In this document: one piece after another, positions 11,904-25,417 of the stretch
Layout of the letters: every line of letters starts with the position of its first letter
How positions within the stretch are numbered: the stretch's first letter is position 1
Assembly: GCF_040938485.1 (NCBI RefSeq)
Contig: NW_027271466.1
Span: forward strand, 2,728,001-2,792,000
Length of the DNA: 64,000 nt
Origin: Diadema antillarum
Lineage: Eukaryota
Reading direction: 5' to 3'
Translations under genes and position numbers: made by a program
The notes under the pieces: generated by a model
Databases searched by the model: none
What the model was told of the DNA's origin: nothing
Seen by the model: only the letters and a program-made list of their open reading frames with translations

Positions 11904-14900
11904 ATGTCGCACGGGCACAGTCACGGAGACCACGGATGCGGTGGACATGATCACGAAAGCCCAGAAAGAGGGGCATTATTTTCTCTCTACACAAAAATTG
12001 ACACAGAGAGAGTGGAATGTCTTAACGAAGCCACGGAAGGGTCGGGCAAGCTAGTCTTCAAACCTTGGGAAGAAAGGCTTGATCACTCAAAGGTAACTCA
12101 TAAAAATCGCGATGTTGCGATTTCATGTAGTCCCACGTACTTTTTTCCGTGTGATTCCACCAGTTCCCTTTGGACTTTGGACGTGATGCACTGATTGCTG
12201 ATGCCTAAGTGATGCCAATGGCCTATATGGGTGATCGTGTGGCGTGTTGGACAGTATTGAATAACTAGCCTAAATTAAAATCTACAAATGCCAGGCAATT
12301 AAGCCGGGTCTACTGAAGAAGGGGATGACATTTAGACCCCTTGTGCTGATGCTAACTAGTCTAGCTAACGTGTTAGTGGACTTCTGACTTGTTTACTCGG
12401 CAAGTGTTTGTGAACTTGTTTGTTTTGTTTCTTTTTGCAGGTTCTTTGTCAGACTTTCATTTTCAAGGTTGAAGGCAGTGACCGCGACAGTGCTCGTTCA
12501 CTTCAGCCAGCACCAGCATAAGCACACGCTTATCGCGTGTGGTTGTATGGCCAAGTTAGAATAATTTTTAAAAAGAAGAAGAAGAAGAAACAACTGGATC
12601 ACTCTGAGTCTGAACAATTTGTGACATCCCCATGAAATCAGTTCGGGAAACCCACTCACAAGGGGGGCCCCTCCTTATAAGTAACCCGTCCCCCTTATAA
12701 GTAACCCCGTCCCCCTTATAAGTAACCCCCGGGGCACCCCTTATAAGGAGTCTCCACGCTTTTTTGCAATGCAACGCGAAAATGAAAGGACTGCGGCAAT
12801 TCGCTTGATTATGTCCATAAAGCTTCACAAGTTTCCTAGTTACTCAAGAAATTTGAGCAAAATCGGTTTGAGGCATCATATCTAAAATCATGGATTTAAA
12901 TGCGATGTCAAACGACCCATGTGAATGCTGAAATGCGAGCGATTACTGGCGTGAGTGTCGCCAGGCGCGGCGGCGCGGCAATGCTTGAGTGCAGACGTGG
13001 CGACTGAGTACGAAGACTCTTCGTACTCAGTCGCCACGTCTGCACTCAAGCATTGCCGCGCCGCCGCGCCTGGCGACACTCACGCCAGTAATCGCTCGCA
13101 TTTCAGCATTCACATGGGTCGTTTGACATCGCATTTAAATCCATGGTTTTAGATATGATGCCTCAAACCGATTTTGCTCAAATTTCGTGAGTAACTAGGA
13201 AACTTGTGAAGCTTTATGGACATAATCAAGCGAATTGCCGCAGTCCTTTCATTTTCGCGTTGCATTGCAAAAAAGCGTGGAGACTCCTTATAAGGGGTGC
13301 CCCGGGGGTTACTTATAAGGGGGACGGGTTACTTATAAGGAGGGGGCCCCCTTGTGGGTGGGTTTCCCGAACTGAAATAGGCCCCACCTGGCACCCACCC
13401 GGGCCCTGCCTGTCTGTAGTGTAGACCCTACGGGGCTTTCTTCCACAGTATCTACTCGTGAATGCTGCCCCACCAAACAGCGCTTACATGTTATCGATAC
13501 AGCAGCATTGCCGATTTCCACAGCATAACATCTTTTGTCCTTCCTTTTTCTTATTTTTTTTTTGTTTCTATTCTTATTCCCAGTTATTCTTGGAAAGACT
13601 TCCTATCCTAGATCTACGATTTCCATCGACTAATTTAACCACGTATACAACCCTGGCCAGCACCCCTACATAGTAACCTAACCCTAAACCTAGTCTAACC
13701 TTTCTTGCTAACGCACAGATGCACGCACACTGTGATGGGGCCTATAAATTCATGATTTTGCAAAACTTGTTTGTAGTAAAATTAGTCTTCTTCTGTTGTA
13801 CATGTGGAAAATTGGTGTTCAGTGGGTTGATAGAAATTGCAAAGAAGAAAATTTCTTGACTGTTGTGCCAATCATGGCAATGTCTGTTATAATTTGATTA
13901 AAATGGCAATAGAATGACAGTTTCTTGTTTGTTTGTTTTTTTGTCAAGTTTTTCCCCAGACATCATGTCTATCTAATGTTTATACCGGGTACATGTACAT
14001 TGTTTCATTATCCTTATACTCGCAGTTTGTGGAAAGCGATGATGATGAAGAGCTTCTATTCAATATTCCGTAAGTTAACAGAAAACTGTCTTTTACTTTC
14101 CATCTGTAGTGTAGTGTCATTTAATCGTTGCACATCCAGTTTATGATAAAAAATACATTCTGCATATCTTTGTTGGTGTAACTGTTAACAAGTATTTTCA
14201 AAATAGAGGATATTTTCAAATAAGAACAGAACAAATGTCAACATTATATAACAAATTTTAGCATGGAGAATAATGTATTCAACCTATTAAAACTGTTATG
14301 CTTTCCTTGCTATTCATTGAACAAAAGTAGAAAGGGAAATGAAGTGTATGTTTATGCAATAATAATCTGATCAGATACATGTATCAAATCAAAAGGTTAA
14401 AAAACAAAGGTCACACCGCAGTCAACAGCCACTATCTCAATTCAATTATGAATAGAATAATTGATTCACTTTTAGATAGTAAAATTTGGTGTAAAGAGAA
14501 ATGTCAGCATTAAATTGTTGAAATTTCGGTATGATTATAAAATCAACTCTAGATGTCAATTAATGGCACTTTGTAAGAAATGCTGTAACTTTAAGCATAC
14601 TTTGTAATCAAGAGAATACTTAAAATCACAATGTTGGGTCTCGTCAGATAAAAGGTCAAGACCACCTTCCGAGAATGTTATAGAGAGAATTCATATGATT
14701 TGATGAGCTTAGGTGTGAGTTAAATGGCAATGATTATGTTCTTTGCAATATTTTATGGTGGTTTTTGTTTTTGTTTTTGTTTTTCTTACAAATAACAATT
14801 ACTGCAAAGCTTGCACATTTTGTAATTTGATGGATTCAGGTTTACTGGAAATGTGAAACTAAAGGGGATCATCGTAATTGGAGGAGAAGATGATACTCAT

Positions 14901-17173
14901 CCCGCTGAAATGAAATTGTAAGTTGAATTTCCCTTGGATTTTATGACAGCTACATGAAGTAGAGTTTTTTGTTTGCTTGTCAGTTTGTAAGATACAATGT
15001 GAATGTCAATGCCCCCTGTAACTCTGGAAAATGTATAACTCCCTGTAATGCCATGTGTAGTCACATAACGTGTGTGTATGTTTACAAAAATACAAAATAA
15101 TGTAGATGTGCAATGTTTGATAGGGAGCTGCACTGATACTAGTCACATGTACTAGCATTTTGTGTCACAATATTTACCTCCCTGGCAAAAAAAGAAAGAA
15201 AGAAAAGAAGAACAAATAAATAATGATGAAGACATGAATTTCTGCAATATGTATTTTGCACACATTATCCTAGTCGGACCGATAGTATAAACCACATGAT
15301 GATTTTATGAAATATTTCTTTTGTGTAGTGTGAAGCAAAGGATGAAACTTCCTTCATTCTGCTAAGATATTACATCACCCAAGCAGAGATGAAGCCATAG
15401 AGAGTAATTATCATGCTTTGTTTGCACTTCGCAGATACAAGAACCAGCCTCACATGACCTTTGACGATGTGAGAGCAGAGCCAGACCAGCTGTTTGAAAT
15501 GCACAGAGATGACCGGGGAGAGCTGGAATACGCCACCAAGTGAGTTTTTACGTCATGTTTTGATTATGGCTCATAACTTCTGATCCATATGTCGTTTGTG
15601 ACCAAACTTGGCTGATAAATGGCCCTTGGGGAGTTGAAGGTCACCGCAAAGTCAAAGGTCATAGGCGGGGTCAATGAACTTCTGGGAGTTATCTATGCGA
15701 ATGGGTGAGACACATTTTGGTACTTGCCTTGTTTTTAACAAATTTTGTAGCCCATTTGTTTCATTTTTTAAGGTGATCATACTATCAGTGTATCTTGGCT
15801 CTTGTGTAGTACTAATTGATCATTTCTCAAAACTAGTTTGTCTCAGGAATATTTGGTCAGATTATTTCAATGCTGTTAAGTTGTGCTATAAAGAATATGA
15901 GCTGTTGTAAATACAAGTTTGTATTTTGCCACTCTCACTTGTACAAATTTTTGTGCTATGAATGCAGTCTGTGGTACTGTCTATCAGATTGATAAGAAAG
16001 TGATATTACATGTTTTCCTCAAGGAGTCTTTGGATTCTAGAGATTTACAGTATAGTGCTGATCCTTAGTTATGACAAGTTGAAGTGTTCCCAAACTGTAT
16101 CGCTATGTGGGAGGAGAAAATGGAGGCTGTAAGCTTGATTACAAGTGGCATTGCTGAATTGAAGGCAACATGCTCCCTTTCTTGCTTTGCAATATATTTC
16201 AGTAATGCTGTATTAGCTGATGACACAGAATACAACTTATCTCATTTTGATACCTGAATATATGAGTGCTTTTGATTTTAGGACTTTTAGGATTGGTCAG
16301 GAAAAAAAAAAAATTGAATATTGAATATGAGCCATCTTTGATTTGCATTAAATTTGGTTGGAACAGCTGTTGTGCCTGTTTGTAAGGTTCTTTGTTTGGA
16401 CTTTGCAGGGCAGCGCGGTTCTTCAACGTCAATCATCTCTCCATACACTTCTCGAGGAACTTTGGTGCTGACACTTCCAAAATCTACTACATCGGTCTGA
16501 GAGGTGAATTTACGGAGGTGAGTACTGTCCAGCTGAGTGAAAGATTTTCCACTAAAAATTGACATGCACCTCTTGTGCACAACAATTTCACCCATTTTCA
16601 TAATTTCACCCATTTTCATATTTCACCCATTTTCATAATGGATTGCTACATCATGACTCGGACACATCTGGTTTTGCAAAATTTAAAAATCCTAGTAAGA
16701 GGATATTTGCAGTTTTTATCTAGATGTTCAGAACATATCATTCTCCCAAACTTTTTTTTTTTTGAGTGATAATCCTGTAGAAGATTTTGATATAATTTGT
16801 GAAATAAGTATATGCGTATTAAAGCTGATGTGACTTAGAACTAAAAGTCGTAGATAACAGATACATGAAACACCACTAGTGCTTTCTTTCTAAAATTGTA
16901 TTTTGTTTGTTTGTGTTTTTGTCTTTTACCTTTCCTCAAATTCATCTCTTTAAAAAAAAAAATGTCAGTGTGTTAATCTTGTCGCTAGGTCCAGCTAGTT
17001 CAGTTGGCTTTGTAATCACTGTTTGAAAGAGTTTTTTCCATGTGAACCAACCTTCTCTTCAAATCTTGCAGGCCCAGAGACAGGGAGTCTTGCTGGTGTC
17101 CTACGAGGCCATGCCCAACCCCAAGGACCACAAGACAGATCTAACGGAAAATGTCCAGCAGCAGATCAGGTAG
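11904..17173 (+). CDS. PITHD1: PITH domain-containing protein 1, complete CDS, 208 aa
   Basis: Exons 11904-12092, 14026-14069, 14840-14917, 15435-15539, 16409-16517, 17072-17173 sum to 627 nt. MSHGHSHG start, VFKPWEER, FVESDDDEELLFNIPFTGNVKLKGI, IYYIGLRGEF match PITHD1 as recalled. Confidence 0.96.
12638..13375. repeat. Near-perfect 738-bp palindrome (fold-back) in PITHD1 intron 1
   Basis: Arms 12638-13016 and 13018-13375 with a 1-nt centre (C13017). I found about 3 substitutions plus a 21-nt extra tandem unit in the left arm. The mirror ORFs 12568-12828(-) and 13206-13424(+) confirm the symmetry. Confidence 0.95.
13376..13769. mobile_element. MITE with telomere-like (CCCTAA-like) interior, left terminus disrupted by the palindrome
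   Basis: Collinear with the reverse complement of 58060-58510: GAAATAGGCCCCACC, GGGGCTTTCTTCCACAGTAT and CGCACAGATGCACG are shared. Confidence 0.7.
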
Positions 17174-17691
17174 CCGCCGGGATGTTTGTGTCCTCAGTGG
17201 AACACAATCCCTACGCAAAATCCAAAGGCTGGGTCTATTGTCTGCTTGTGAAGCAAACTTGTGTTAATTAAACAATCTAAAAACTGATATAGGCAGAAGT
17301 AGCTTTTGTTTGAAAGGCATTGTGTGTCTAATCAAGAAGAAAAAGGCTGCTGGTGACCACAGAGTAATATGATAATTCATTGCCGTAAAATAATTTTATG
17401 TTTGAATTTGATACTTACCTGAAATCTTGCATCATCAAAAAGTGGGAAGAGGCCCTACGTACCAGCTTAAACTACTGATTTCTGACTTTATACTGATTTT
17501 TGGTAATCCATTGGAATTTTTGTGATGACTCCTGATTAACAATCATAGAGCTGTAAGCTACAATTGTACATTAAGGTGGGTTGTCCACATCATTTGGTTT
17601 TGTTAAACAAGAAAGATACCCAGAAGTAGAAAATCATGGCCCAATGTTCCAGTAGCATTACTATTTAATATGCTGACAAGGACACCGTATA

Positions 17692-17940
17692 TCGTCGCTG
17701 GGGTGACAAGACCTCGTATCTAAAAAATGTCTAATTTTCAGGAGAGCCAAAAACAATGGCAGCCAAAGCACTATAGCGAATGGGATGACCTTTCATTTGA
17801 CATGCCATGGTGGCTTCATTTTTGGAGTAAGACAGTTGGGATTTGGCCTGGACATCACTTAACCCATTATTTGACCATTAATCTAAAAACGTAATTTTCA
17901 CAAAAATGTCAGATACAAGGTCTTGTCACCCCAGCGACGA
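17692..17940. mobile_element. MITE with 30-bp TIRs and TA flanks, downstream of the PITHD1 stop
   Basis: TCGTCGCTGGGGTGACAAGACCTCGTATCT versus AGATACAAGGTCTTGTCACCCCAGCGACGA (1 mismatch), TA on both sides. Confidence 0.8.
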
Positions 17941-20871
17941 TATGTTTGTGTGCAATTGTATGCATACACTGTACACGTAACCAAAAAGTGCATGCATGCT
18001 TACCCTGTAGTTGATGTTGATAAAAAGCAACATACATGTACAGAGACATGATGTACACTGTAAGAATTTGACCCTTCAATCTGCAATCATTGTTCTTGCA
18101 TAAAAATCTGCACTACATGAGCTGATTTTTCTCAGCGTTTAGTTGCAACTCTGATGTAAGACTGTAAGACAACCTGTGCAAGATCTGATTTTGAATATAC
18201 ACACGTGTCGTATAGGGAAAGACAGTAAAATATTGATTATAGTGTTCATAATACATTGAACTGGATGGTCTTTGAAACAGTACTTTGTTTTTTACTTTAG
18301 TTTGTAAGATTTGAAAATCAAAGAACAAGAGACGGATAAAGAGCGATCTTGGCATTATGTTCAATTTATAGTGGTTTCACATTCAGTGTTTGTGTTTCTC
18401 CGTATAAATGCTTTGTATCAAATCTCTACTGCATCAATGCTTGCTTGAACGGACAGTGACAGTAGACAAATCTAACAAACACAGGGACTGTTCTATATAG
18501 CATGCTTCTCTTGTTTCCTATGGTATTTTGTTCCCCCAGATGTTGACATTGGACTGAACAGAAATGCAATTTGACAATGTTTGATGGCTATATGTTATTG
18601 CCAATTATCATTTTTTTTCCCCAGATTTCTGAAGTTAAACCCATCTAGTTAAACCCAGTTAAACCCATCTATAGTGGCCACCTAAGGGAAAAAATGGCCA
18701 TTATAGACAGGTGGCCACTATTGATGAGGTCTTTAAAATTGTTTTTTCTTTCAGGGGTATTTTTTTTTTAAAGTGGCCTCATACAGCAGGTGGCCGCTAT
18801 AGATGTGTGGCTGCTGCAAGGCAGGTTTGACCGTAGGCCTACATGTATGGAATGCCCTGTAAAAAGACGTATACAAGACACAGCTCATACATATTTCAGT
18901 GTGTACTCCACACATTCAAATTGAGTGGAGTATCCTACTATTGATAGAATAAATGTAATCCTTGTACTATTGTACCATATGAGCTGAATTTATTTGTGAA
19001 AAGTCATTTTCTCAAATTGCTCCTCGTCAGACTTCTTTCTCTTTCTTGTGTTGATTTTGTGGTTGTGAGGGTCTAGTAATCATTACTTCTCCTTTCACAA
19101 AATAGGTAAGAATGAGTGAACAAGCAACAATAGTAGTGCTGAATATTTCGACTTAATTCCCTGGACATGAACAAGAACAGTGTTCTGCATAAATTTATTA
19201 AAAAGTACTGTGTACATGCATGTTTTCATGTCCCAGATACAGTTATGTGATAGCCCACGTAGTGTGCTGGATGTGTGGTTCCTACTTCCATGTGTAGTTG
19301 CACACAATCCATGTTTTTATATTCACACACTGTTATTTTCATGGTTCAAGGGGAATTTGAGAAAATATAACCACTGGAAAATTTCAACTCGTATAGTATG
19401 TGGTTTTTGCATGTATTTAATTTCAGGTTTAGTTGTGGTGCACGATTATAAGGCATTAAACTGACATTCTCTGAGAGCCCTGGTATTATGCAATTTCTCG
19501 AGCATATTGAATTGTTTCCATCCCTTTTTCATTGTTGGATTTCTCTTTTTCTTTTTTTTTTTTTGCATGGTGAGATATGTGTTTGATGATTTCCTTTGCA
19601 GGAACACTGGTGTCTGTGAATGTGTGTATGTGCGCGTGTGTGTGCGTGCGTGTGTGTGTGTGTGTGTGTGAGTGTCTGTTGTAGTTTTGAAATGTACTTT
19701 TTAGTACAGTTGGGTGGGTTCTCTGTGATCTGAGCAAACTGCTTGATTGTAATTGACAATTGAAACAAATTGACTGTGCTCAGTCCAAATTTCTGTTTGC
19801 TTGTGTAATGATCACTGTTGGCATCAACATCTTGTCCATGTTATATCTTAACCATCATTATCACACATGATTCTTCTTCATTTCACAGGTGATACAAAGT
19901 TTAATACACTCCTGCCATTTCAACTCACATACTTTAAATCTAACATGCACAGTGACATCCCCACACACAAACACAAACAAACAAACACACACACACACAC
20001 ACATGTAGGTACAAACAGAAAAAAAGTCAATGTGTTTTAGCACTATTTGTATTTTATTACATACATGTACTTTTACAAAAGTAGAAATCTAATACTGGTG
20101 ACATGGCAAGATACAGCAGCACATACAGTAGGACACATTTTATAGTTTTGTGTACTGGATCTACTGTGTATCATAACATCAGGTGAATGAGAGTGATAAT
20201 GCCTTATTTTGCCACAAGTACATTATGATAGTCCCTTTACCCTTCATGACCCCTGGCATTTAGCTGATCTTGAAAAGCTTTTTTATCTCAGCACTCAGTA
20301 ATCCATCCGAACTTGGCAAAGGAAGCACTCCAGGGAGTGGGGGAACAATGCACAGTGAGGGCTAATCCTTCACTGTGCTTTCTTTGCCAGATTGCCACAT
20401 GTCTGGAAACTACGAAGAACAGTATCAATGAATAGAGATGACTTCATTCCCTTAATCCCTATTGTGTCACCATGGCCTTCCTGTTTAGACTGGGGCACAT
20501 TGCTGCACCCGACTGTGCTTGCTAACTTTACAATAAGGTCAAGATTGGATGGATCACTGAATGGTGTTGAAAAAACTTGGGAAGTTAGAGTTTAAGTGCC
20601 TGGGTATATAAGGGGTATTGAAGAGGAAACTGCCCAGCAAAACAAAATCATTTTACAAGAAGGCATTGATACATGTACTAGAAACAGATGAGATTTACAT
20701 GTAGCAAATTTGGAGAAAATGGTAGAGACATTAATTTAAGTTTGTCATTTAGTTTAATATTTAATACTGCATTTACCTTTGGCTGTCTGTATCTGTATCT
20801 ATCACAAAGGGTGTGACAGCACAGGAAAAAAAAAGAGTATGATAAATATATTTGTGAACTCGGTCATTTAA

Positions 20872-21228
20872 AGGGGAAGGCTAGTAACTGATCAGTGGGA
20901 ATCAGTGGAAATGCTGGGAGATGATTGTTCCAATCCTTATGGGATTCATTCAAGAGTTAATTGGATATCTATTGTTGTGTGAAAATGATTTGCTTCAGAA
21001 CGGTCTCATATTCAAGTAATGTGCAGATTAATGCTCCATCACTGACCAGGGACGCTAACCTGGAAGCATTAAACTGCACATTACTTGAATATGAGACCGT
21101 TCTGAAGCAAATCATTTTCACACAACAATAGATATGCAATGAACTCTTGAATGAATCCCATAAGGATTGGAACAATCATCTCCCAGCATTTCCACTGATT
21201 CCCACTGATCAGTTACTAGCCTTCCCCT
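20872..21228. mobile_element. Fully palindromic Kolobok-like fold-back MITE
   Basis: TTAA flanks (20868-20871, 21229-21232); starts AGGGGAAGG and ends CCTTCCCCT; ~165-bp arms almost perfectly complementary around a ~25-nt loop. Confidence 0.85.
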
Positions 21229-23140
21229 TTAAACACATGTATCAATGTAATATGTGGATAGACTTGAGGTAAAATCAAATGCCCATATAGTTGTTCAATG
21301 GTTCCTATGAAGCAATGATGACAAATATGCAAAAAAAAACAAAACAAAACAAAACAAACATGTACCGGGTACACATTTTTACACCTCGCAATGTCACAGT
21401 ACAAGGGCAAGCATTATATGTCAATCTGAAAGCTAATATCGTACTTGAAAATTCTACAGAAATATTTTAAAATGGCTCTGTAAATTTCTTCAAGTTCAAA
21501 AAAGCACACATGGAAGAAAGTAATGATTCATAAATAAAAATAGCACAAGCAGTTTCAAACTTTATGTTCTTCAAAGACTGCATCAAATATAGCACAATAT
21601 CTTGCCAATATCATCTCTGGCAACTTATCCTAACCTAGAGTAAACTTTAAAGGAGCAGACAACAAAATTCTCACTTTCTTTTTTTCTGAATGAATAAAAA
21701 CAAGAAATGATAAGAAGTCTATAAAGATCTATCATTGGAACATTACATGTTATACACATTGTGGTCTTTGCACACAGGATGGAGCGGCAAATAGACACTA
21801 AAGAAAAAGCACATATCAAGTACTGCTTGTAAACAGTCAAAAGGACAAAAACTCTCAAAACAAGTAAATGGATACATATACAATGTATTACATTATTTTG
21901 ATTTCTCTCTGAAATATGTTCGTAACTTACAGGGTTAGAAGTTACACATTTGCATCATCACACCTCCCAATAGTACAATGTTGACATCTGCAACTGTTCG
22001 AGTACTGTGCAAGAATAAACACAATAAATATAACAGTACTGATTAGGATTAGACAGACATGGCCTGGCAAATAAACTGTTTCTCTTCAAAGTACTGCTCG
22101 TTTTCCTAATGAGACAGAGAACATATTTGCACAGAGTGGAGTTGTGGAGAGATGTTCCATTTCTTTCTTTTTTTTCTCGAGCATTGTACATAACATTCAC
22201 TTAGTCCAGAATACCCATAACAGAAAATGTATCGAGATGCTTATGGGGGAAATTGTAGCCCTTTCAACAAGGGTGCTGGCCTTGTAAACAGCACTGCCGT
22301 ATTTCAGTGACTGAAGAGGAATAACTTTGATGGAAAAAACAATATTTTAAATTTTCCTGCAATAGACATGTGTAATAATACAATTTTGGAGAAAAAAAAA
22401 GAGTATTTTCCATGAAACCTGCAGTATTTTTTATCTATTTCTTTTTTCTTTCTTTTTTCTTTTTTTTTTTTTTGGCTAGAAAGTACTGCCAAAAAGGTAA
22501 CAGCCCTGCTCCAAGGTTGGGATATTACCCATACAAATAAGAACATAAACTGTGACTGGTTGTGCAGTGCTTTGTTGTACTAAGAGAATTCAAATGCATA
22601 AGTTTCCTGGTCAAATTGATATGACAGAAAAAAACAAACAAACATACCTGATTACACAAAAAAATAATCTCAAGTAGGAACAATAGCAGAAGCACCTGAT
22701 TTGGAAAGCAGCTTAATGTAGTGCCATCACAGTATGACTGAAAGGAAATTGTTGAAAAAATTCCCCCTCCACAACCTTTGTGTGCTGTTCGAAAACATGG
22801 CAATGTTTCTCATTTAAAAAAAAAGAAGCAGAATAACTTTTTGCACGAATACAACATATAAACAGCACCATAATTGTAATTTGCTGGTAACATACTTTAA
22901 AGTTTAACATGGTATGCAGTCCAATTCCTTAGTGTGAATGTAAAGATTTTGCATTTTACACTCTTGTTATTCAATGTCCTTTGAGGTCTACTGTATTCAA
23001 AACCTTACCTGGCAATAAATTGGAGTAATGCACTTGACAACAATTCAAACATATTTCAAAAAGTTTTGGCACTTCCAATAGATATCTTGAGAGGAGAGAC
23101 TTACTAGAAGTCTGGTGAAAACATTGCACACACAGGATCT

Positions 23141-23690
23141 TATACAGATGATGCACAGGATAGAGTGCGTTAGTGGAGATGTAGCGCACTCGAGGGTATT
23201 TACAATTGTGAAACATGCACGAGACGAAGCCGAGTGCATGTTGCACTACATTGTAAATACCCGAGAGTGAGCTGCATCTCCACTAACGCCACGAAATAAT
23301 CCTGTGCATCATTTGTTTTATAAAATGGGTCGAAAACTAACAGCATTTTTCACGTACCTTTGTAAGATGTCCGAAGATGTTCGTCCCAAACATTTACGCA
23401 TGTCGCACTCGGAAATCCCGCACATATAAGTACTGTACGTATAAGAGTATACGTACGCCACACATGTCATGCACACAAGAAAGGCCGGCCGGCAGCCCGA
23501 ACTAGAAGTTGTTTACAGGATTGACAGCGCGTATAGTAGCGCGCGACGCACTTGTAACAACTGATAGAGTGCGCACTGCTAGTGTAAACATTTGTGACGT
23601 CAGGCCGCGGATGTTAGTGAGAAATTAATGTACGCACACGTGACTCATTTCAGCGCTTCCAATTGGCTACATTCTTGAACCCATTTTATA
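23141..23690 (-). mobile_element. Asymmetric non-autonomous element: long hairpin plus subterminal inverted repeats
   Basis: Hairpin 23141-23316 (TATACAGATGATGCACAGG...CCTGTGCATCATTTGT); inverted repeats TATAAAATGGGT (23319) / ACCCATTTTATA (ends 23690). Confidence 0.6.
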
Positions 23691-25293
23691 AAAGCAATTA
23701 TCGATCACAATCACAAAAACTTTACCCCAAAAATACAAGCTCCCAAGGATAGTACTTATCGAAGAAATTTCAGGAAAGCAGAGTACTGACAAGCTTCTTT
23801 TAAAAAATATTTGTAATATGGTGGAGAAGTGAACACTTGATATTAGTCATGCATTTGCAATCAGTATCTCTTGTTCTTTTACTATGCAAGCATAAATTTG
23901 TGTGAGCACTCACATAAATATCTGTGTGGGACTGTGAAACTGGAATCGTGAATTTGTCTGTAACAAGGCCTTCATAGATCCTTTGTATTTAATGGTATAT
24001 TATTCAAACAAAACAAACAGAGACAAACTTATTTTATTCTTTTCTTTGAATACAACATTAAAAGTCTATCATGATTTTGTGTTAGAGATCAATCAAACTG
24101 AAGACTTCTCCCCAACTACATTTTTCTTTCTTTTTACTGGGCTTAGCTCTCAGAAATATGCACATTGCAAAGTTGCTGGCTATCCAAACAAAAACAAATA
24201 AGCAAACAATCTTATATCCTAAAACACCATAGTTTCTGCATTCATTATATACAAATACAAGGTCAAGGCAGGTACATGTAGTACATCATGGGAAAAGTAC
24301 TGGTGAATCCTTATAGTGCATGACTACACTCGGTTCACACGTTTAACTTAACACACAGAGTTTCTGGCAAACTCCCTTCTCACTACCATGAGTTTCCAGT
24401 AAAATGCATTTCCATCTTTTTTAATGCCTCCGCCACAAAGTGATGACAGTGGCATTATTCTTTAATTTTGTTGACTTCATCAGACAACTATGTCAAAATT
24501 AACTGCTTTTCTGCATGGTGCTGTCTGATTGAGCAAAACGTTGAGCACATCATCAAAAAAATGCATTCATATCAGTGTAGCACCAAACTGAAAATGATCA
24601 CACATCTACTGTACTTAAAAGTAAATAAGGAAGAACACAGGATTCCCAAAAGAAAATCAAAAGGAAACAACCCCCTTCCCACCACCCCCTCAAAAAAAAC
24701 CCCACAAACTCTTACCCCAGTCATTTGTTGACATTACTGTCAAAAGAAAAGTAGGTTTTCTTGTACTTGCAGAAAAAATAAAGAAGAATTGACTTTATGA
24801 TCACAACTTTAAGATACTAGAGTACTACAATCCAGTAACACAAATGCCCAATTACTTCACACACTCCAAATGATTTCACAGTGTATCAAATACAATCTTA
24901 TGAAAATTGCACCTGAAGTATACTTTTTTGGGGGGATATAAATTTGTTCCTTTTGTAGTAAGAGACTTCAACTGCAAAATGCTTTGGATGGTCTTGAAGT
25001 GAGGCAGGGTCATAGCAGCATTGACAAGATACTCTTTGATTTGTGGTTACCATGTGGACCAAACACAAAAGTGTTTGATCCACCAGACAACTGGAAGACT
25101 TCCTTAGCACCATGGAAAAATACTAGAGAAATTGGTATCGGAAAATGTGACGATCATGCACGTCACAACAATCTGGAAATTAAGTGCCTGATGAAAGTGA
25201 TAAATTTCTTGCAATCATTGTATCATTTCTTCTGCCATCACCAACGGAACATGTAAATCACTTGTGAACAGGATCATAAGAAAAAAAAAAACT

Positions 25294-25307
25294 GTTGCCA
25301 TGGAAAC
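25294..25307. promoter_or_regulatory. Isolated RFX X-box-like motif GTTGCCATGGAAAC
   Basis: Near-consensus palindromic X-box. Motif only. Confidence 0.3.
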
Positions 25308-25417
25308 TGTAAATACATTCAACTATGATGATTCGTACCTCTTCATCAGGCACACACCAGTAGGAGTGCATGTGTCACGTTACGTTTGCTGCGTTGTGAC
25401 ACAGCTGACCATTCTTT

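Noticed and set aside
12568-13424. Paired identical ORFs on opposite strands
   Set aside because: A by-product of the palindrome; no recognisable protein features.
24898-25256. Short ORFs in a moderately GC-rich patch
   Set aside because: No recognisable motif or convincing splice sites; left unannotated.
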